29,792 nucleotides of DNA, from assembly GCA_051747585.1 (NCBI GenBank), contig JBNJGH010000038.1:1-29792 (forward strand), given 5' to 3'. The DNA is from Candidatus Rifleibacteriota bacterium (GTDB lineage Bacteria; Muiribacteriota; Ozemobacteria; Ozemobacterales; Ozemobacteraceae). Below, one piece after another: positions 25,436 through 29,792 of this stretch. The notes under the pieces are model-generated. The model saw only the letters and a program-made list of their open reading frames with translations. It was not told where the DNA came from and ran no database searches. How positions within the stretch are numbered: position 1 is the stretch's first letter; every line of letters starts with the position of its first letter. The position numbers were made by a program, and so were the translations under genes.

Positions 25436-26450
25436 TCTTTTTGATTTTGAACTGCCGCAGGAATTGATAGCCCAGGTTCCTGCTCAACAAAGATCCGGTT
25501 CCAGGTTGCTGGTTTACAAGCGCAAAGCCGACAAAGTAGAGCATAAAAAGTTTTCAGATATATGTGAACTTTTTAAAGAAGGAGACCTTCTGGTTTTAAA
25601 TTCCTCAAGAGTTATTCCGGCCAGAATGTTTACAGTTGAATCGGATTATGGTCGTGTCGGATACGAAGTTTTATTTGTTAAACAACTGGATAATGGTAAT
25701 TTTACTGCTATGGTTCAGCCCGGTAGAAGATTTAAAGCCGGCAGAAAACACTTATTACCGGGAAATAACGTTGTCGAAGTTATAAAAGTTTTGCCAACAG
25801 GTCTTCGGGAATTGCGCTTTTTAAATAATAGCGATCCGGTTGCGGTTTTCAGAGAATATGGGCAGATGCCTCTTCCCCCTTATATTACATCGCGGGAAAG
25901 CGAACCGGAGAGATATCAGACGGTATACAGCGAAGAAGAAGGTTCTATTGCCGCCCCAACAGCCGGACTGCATTTTGATGACCAGATTTTTTCCGAACTG
26001 AAAAAAAGAGGGGTAAAAATTGCGCACATTATATTGCATGTTGGTTTGGGAACTTTCAAACCTGTTGAAAGCGAAGATATTTATGACCATAAAATGCATG
26101 AAGAAACGTTTTATATATCACCAGAAACCGCAGAAATTTTTGCAAAAACCAGATTGGATGGAAACAGGGTTTGGGCTTGCGGCACCACCTCTGTAAGAAC
26201 TCTGGAATCTGCAATAAATGAAAAGGGACAGCTTAAAACGGGGTGGCAGGCTACCGACTGTTTTATAACCCCCGGCTACAGGTTTCGTTCGATTGATTGC
26301 ATGATTACTAATTTTCATCTTCCCAGGTCGACCCTGCTAATGCTTGTTTCAGCTTTTGCAGGGTTCGATAAGACTCTTGACCTTTATAAAGAAGCAGTTA
26401 AAGAAAGATATAGATTTTTCAGTTTTGGAGACTCGATGGTCATATTATGA
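25425..26450 (+). CDS. queA: S-adenosylmethionine:tRNA ribosyltransferase-isomerase
   Basis: FDFELPQELIAQ, GQMPLPPYI, YQTVY, AAPTAGLHF, LHVGLGTFKP, TNFHLPRSTL, YRFFSFGD. Confidence 0.98.
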   Translation: MKTDLFDFELPQELIAQVPAQQRSGSRLLVYKRKADKVEHKKFSDICELFKEGDLLVLNSSRVIPARMFTVESDYGRVGYEVLFVKQLDNGNFTAMVQPGRRFKAGRKHLLPGNNVVEVIKVLPTGLRELRFLNNSDPVAVFREYGQMPLPPYITSRESEPERYQTVYSEEEGSIAAPTAGLHFDDQIFSELKKRGVKIAHIILHVGLGTFKPVESEDIYDHKMHEETFYISPETAEIFAKTRLDGNRVWACGTTSVRTLESAINEKGQLKTGWQATDCFITPGYRFRSIDCMITNFHLPRSTLLMLVSAFAGFDKTLDLYKEAVKERYRFFSFGDSMVIL

Positions 26451-27580
26451 GCAAAGATCAATTTAAATTCGAAATTAAAAGTAAATCAAGCGAATGCATG
26501 GCACGCATCGGAAAAATTACAACCCGAAGAGGCGTAATTCAAACGCCTGTATTTATGCCTGTAGGTACGGCAGGAACCGTTAAGACGCTTTCACCTGTTG
26601 AAATTGAAGAAGCTGGTGCTTCGATTATTCTTGGAAATACATATCATTTATATTTGCGACCCGGCACAGAGGTTCTCGATCATTTTGGCGGTCTGCATAA
26701 AATGATGGCCTGGGATAAACCAATGTTAACAGACTCAGGTGGTTTTCAGGTCTTTTCCCTCAAAAAACTCAACAAAATAACTGACGAAGGAGTTGAGTTC
26801 AGCTCACATATTGACGGTTCCAAACATTGGCTGACGCCTGAAGAATCAATGCGGATTCAAAGATCGATTGGCTCTGAAATAATGATGGTTTTTGACGAGT
26901 GTTGCCCTTACCCTTCCGATTATAAAACTGCTGAAACGGCTATGCATCGATCAGTTGCCTGGGCAAAAAAATGTCGCAAAGATCATCCGTCTATGCGTAA
27001 TGGTCAGGCTTTGTTTGGCATCGTTCAGGGGTCGATGTATCTACCTCTTAGACAAGAATCAATTAAAAGAACCGCCGAAATAGGCTTTGAAGGCCTGGCT
27101 ATCGGCGGGCTGTCGGTTGGTGAGCCGAAACCTTTGATGGTAGAAGTTCTCGATGGAATTATGCCTGATATGCCTGAAGATTTGCCCCGTTATTTAATGG
27201 GAGTCGGAACCCCTGAAGATCTTTTTATCGGAGTAGAGCGGGGAATTGATATGTTTGATTGCGTTCATCCCACCAGAATTGCAAGACATGCAAGTGTATT
27301 CAGCAAGAACGGCAGAGTTAATCTTTTAAATGCCAGATGGAAGAAGTCATGGGACCCCATTGATGTCGATTGTGACTGTTATGCCTGTCGTAATTTTTCC
27401 CGGGGCTATCTTCGTCATCTTTTCAAGGCAAAAGAAATTCTGGCTTTACGCATGGCAAGTTTGCATAATGTTACTTTTATGATTAATCTAATGAAGGATA
27501 TTCGCAAATCAATTGAAGAAAAACGTTTTAACGAGTTTAAACAAGAATTTTTAACCAGATACCTGGCAAAGGAGGATTAA
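26447..27580 (+). CDS. tgt: tRNA-guanine transglycosylase
   Basis: TPVFMPVGT, NTYHL, TDSGGFQVFSL, GIVQG, GGLSVGE, DMFDCV, zinc site CDCYAC...H. Confidence 0.98.
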   Translation: MSKDQFKFEIKSKSSECMARIGKITTRRGVIQTPVFMPVGTAGTVKTLSPVEIEEAGASIILGNTYHLYLRPGTEVLDHFGGLHKMMAWDKPMLTDSGGFQVFSLKKLNKITDEGVEFSSHIDGSKHWLTPEESMRIQRSIGSEIMMVFDECCPYPSDYKTAETAMHRSVAWAKKCRKDHPSMRNGQALFGIVQGSMYLPLRQESIKRTAEIGFEGLAIGGLSVGEPKPLMVEVLDGIMPDMPEDLPRYLMGVGTPEDLFIGVERGIDMFDCVHPTRIARHASVFSKNGRVNLLNARWKKSWDPIDVDCDCYACRNFSRGYLRHLFKAKEILALRMASLHNVTFMINLMKDIRKSIEEKRFNEFKQEFLTRYLAKED

Positions 27581-27582
27581 TT

Positions 27583-28134
27583 ATGGCCAGTCAGGAAAAA
27601 CAACTACTCGATTCAGGCATTAGTGCGTTCAGAAAAGGTGAGGCTGAAAAAGCCGAAGAAATTTTCAGGGATTTCCTAAAAGAATACCCAACCAGTGATC
27701 TGGCAGACAATGCCGTTTACAATCTGGCGAAAATTTCATTGAGAAAAGGTAACGAGAAAAAGGCACTTGAATGGTATGAATATCTTCTGGAACACTACCC
27801 GGATAGCGATGCCGCTTACTTTGGCAAAGATGAACATGTTGAATTAAGTCGCTCAATGGGCAGTGGGCCAGATGAAATTGCCGATGAATGCTATTTCAAG
27901 GGTAAAAAACTATATCATGAGAATAAACTTGACGAAGCAGAAGCTGAATTCAAGCGACTTATAGAGCAGTATCCCAACTGTGAATATGTTGACAATGCCC
28001 ATTATCAGATAGCTTTGATTTGTAAAAAGCGCGGAGACAAAGAGGGAATGGAGAAGCATGTTAATATAGTTATGGAGCAATATGCTGATACAGATGCGGC
28101 ATTATACGCTAAAGGTCTGCTGGCTAACGCTTAA
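27583..28134 (+). CDS. TPR protein (CpoB/BamD-type TPRs), internally duplicated, no signal peptide
   Basis: FLKEYPTSDLADNAVYNLA..EHYPDSDAAYFGK and LIEQYPNCEYVDNAHYQIA..EQYADTDAALYAK; GGAGG RBS. Confidence 0.85.
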   Translation: MASQEKQLLDSGISAFRKGEAEKAEEIFRDFLKEYPTSDLADNAVYNLAKISLRKGNEKKALEWYEYLLEHYPDSDAAYFGKDEHVELSRSMGSGPDEIADECYFKGKKLYHENKLDEAEAEFKRLIEQYPNCEYVDNAHYQIALICKKRGDKEGMEKHVNIVMEQYADTDAALYAKGLLANA

Positions 28135-28158
28135 ATAATTCAACTAATTCTAAAATAA

Positions 28159-28190
28159 AAAAAAGCCTCGAAGCGATTCGAGGCTTTTTT
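28159..28190. terminator. Bidirectional intrinsic terminator
   Basis: AAAAAAGCCTCGAA-GCGA-TTCGAGGCTTTTTT between convergent genes. Confidence 0.9.
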
Positions 28191-28201
28191 GGGGGCTGGT
28201 T

Positions 28202-29518
28202 TTATTCCAAACTTACTTCTATTGTATATGCACTGTTTCCATCTTCCTGAACGGTAATCGCTTCAGACAGAACCTTGTGATAACCCCTGTTCATGTTGAT
28301 TGCAAGAATATTGATCGGGTAGCCTGTTATAACTCCTGAAATGTAGGCTTCGCCGCGATAATTTGAAGATACAACATCGACGTAAGGAACTATATCTTTG
28401 CCGCCCTGTTGAATATAAACTCTGGCGGTTTCACCGTTTTCAAAAGAGGATGGCGAATCTTCGTCAGGCTCGGTTCCGCAAACAACAACGCGCAGATCTC
28501 GCTTGATAGGTTCTATATTGGAAAAATCTGCATCTACGCCGCCAATAACTCCGCCTGGCATAGTATTGGCAATACTTACAGCGGGATCAATGGTAAATAA
28601 ATCGTAACCTCTTGCTTTGCATTTTACGGCTACGCTCCCTGCAGATGCAGGTATACCATCAAGCTTGTAAACAATGGAGCCTTTATATGAATTTGCACCT
28701 TCAGCTATATCGGTAAAGGAGGCTACCACTTTGCCGGCTGTTTCTGCCCAGATAACGATATCTTGACTTTCTGCATCAAGAACGTAACCGGGTAGGTTTC
28801 TTAGTGTTCCTGAAATACTAAGTTTAAGTGGGTCAACTTTGATTACACCAAGGTCGGTAGAATCAATACCTATGGTTACACCATGACCGATGGCCTCAGC
28901 CGTCTTATATTCTTCGTAATTGTTACAATTAATAGTGAAATTGAAGTTGTTTCCACCAGGAATCCCTGTGAAACCGACGTCTCTAAAGTCTGATGCCAAT
29001 TCGAATTTTTTACTTTTACGATAAATGTATGGCGATACAAGACTAACGGTAAAGTTTCTCAAGGGGCGACCCGTTACTGCATCTATTGGGTAACCCTTGA
29101 GGGTTCCTTTAAAGCCTTCATTTAGTTTGCTCATTTTAATAGTAGGAACATTTTGGGTTTCGCCATTATTTACATTGATTGTTGTAGCTTCGATATTCGA
29201 TGTGTCTGTGGCAGTTTCGCCTAAAAGTTTGTAGTCTTTTTTCTCCACATACATTGTCCAGGCTCCGGATTCCAGATCGTTGAATTGAAAAGTTCCGTCG
29301 CCATTAGTTAAAGTAGTCAATGTCTGATGTGGCCCCGAAGCCCTTACCAAAACATCTGCCAATGGTTTGTTTTCATGGTGGTCCATAATCAGACCAATTG
29401 CTGTTCCGCCCTTAACACCTAAGGAGCCTTTTTCACAGCCGGTAAAAACTATGCTCGCCATTGCAAGAACAATAAGCAGCAGCAAGCGTCTGTCAGCGGA
29501 TTTTTTTTGTATAACCAT
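28202..29518 (-). CDS. Lipoprotein with carboxypeptidase-regulatory-like beta-sandwich domains, 438 aa
   Basis: GGAGG RBS; lipobox FTG|C; KPLADVLV..TLTNGDGTFQFNDLESGAWTMYVEKKDY; DAVTGRPL. Confidence 0.85.
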   Translation of the reverse strand: MVIQKKSADRRLLLLIVLAMASIVFTGCEKGSLGVKGGTAIGLIMDHHENKPLADVLVRASGPHQTLTTLTNGDGTFQFNDLESGAWTMYVEKKDYKLLGETATDTSNIEATTINVNNGETQNVPTIKMSKLNEGFKGTLKGYPIDAVTGRPLRNFTVSLVSPYIYRKSKKFELASDFRDVGFTGIPGGNNFNFTINCNNYEEYKTAEAIGHGVTIGIDSTDLGVIKVDPLKLSISGTLRNLPGYVLDAESQDIVIWAETAGKVVASFTDIAEGANSYKGSIVYKLDGIPASAGSVAVKCKARGYDLFTIDPAVSIANTMPGGVIGGVDADFSNIEPIKRDLRVVVCGTEPDEDSPSSFENGETARVYIQQGGKDIVPYVDVVSSNYRGEAYISGVITGYPINILAINMNRGYHKVLSEAITVQEDGNSAYTIEVSLE

Positions 29519-29556
29519 GGTGCCTCCATGTGAATCTTGAAAATATCTCTGTGACT

Positions 29557-29584
29557 ATATCGGCTTAATTTCGGGGATTATTTA
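29557..29584 (-). promoter_or_regulatory. Sigma28-like promoter
   Basis: TAAA-N16-GCCGATAT, a full SigD-type consensus match, 38 nt upstream of ATG 29518. Confidence 0.65.
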
Positions 29585-29622
29585 ATTTTTTTTTGTTTTC
29601 ATTTAAAAACAAAATTAATAGT

Positions 29623-29649
29623 TAATTTTTTTCTAGAGCAAGCCGATGA
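29623..29649 (+). promoter_or_regulatory. Sigma28-like promoter
   Basis: TAAT-N15-GCCGATGA upstream of the RBS and ATG at 29695. Confidence 0.55.
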
Positions 29650-29694
29650 GGTATTGAAGCCAACTCTTCAAGAAATAATGTTGGAGGCGTTTAT

Positions 29695-29792
29695 ATGAAT
29701 AGAGAAAGGCGGAATCCGAAAACGTTCGGACTTCTGATGGCACTATTTGTAGTGCTGATATTTACCTTAGTGGGCTGTGAAAATGGTTCGCT
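29695..29792 (+). CDS. Lipoprotein, 5' fragment only
   Basis: GGAGG RBS; MNRERRNPKTFGLLMALFVVLIFTLVG|CENGS with lipobox LVGC; open to the window end. Confidence 0.8.
   Translation, partial: MNRERRNPKTFGLLMALFVVLIFTLVGCENGS

Noticed and set aside
25425..27580. queA/tgt as a DNA 7-deazaguanine modification (dpd) system
   Set aside because: This is a canonical bacterial Tgt next to queA in a housekeeping context, with no dpd genes.

Overview
AT-rich (roughly 40% GC by eye) bacterial chromosomal window from a diderm organism (it has a secretin and lipoproteins). Gene style suggests an uncultured lineage such as Candidatus Riflebacteria; this is inference only. The core is a minus-strand Tad/Flp pilus region in three apparent transcription units. 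Unit 1 is a Wzc-like pseudokinase overlapping the prepilin peptidase gene. Unit 2 is cpaB-secretin-cpaE-tadA-tadB-tadC-DUF192-repeat lipoprotein. Unit 3 is tadE-tadE-giant tadG. No Flp major pilin gene is visible. The flanks carry a TPR gene, a secreted hypothetical, ridA, a DegT aminotransferase, an obgE-nadD/yqeK-LCP-queA-tgt-TPR cluster and a divergent pair of lipoprotein genes. Most notable: (1) an 898-aa TadG-like pilin whose C-terminal domain appears split by a ~500-aa amidotransferase-like domain with substituted catalytic residues and an 8-Cys insert; (2) sigma54-, sigma70+operator- and sigma28-like promoters in front of the three pilus units; (3) a ~195-bp MITE with TIRs, a 9-bp TSD and a REP dimer inside; (4) an intergenic cluster of many different REP-like repeat families.
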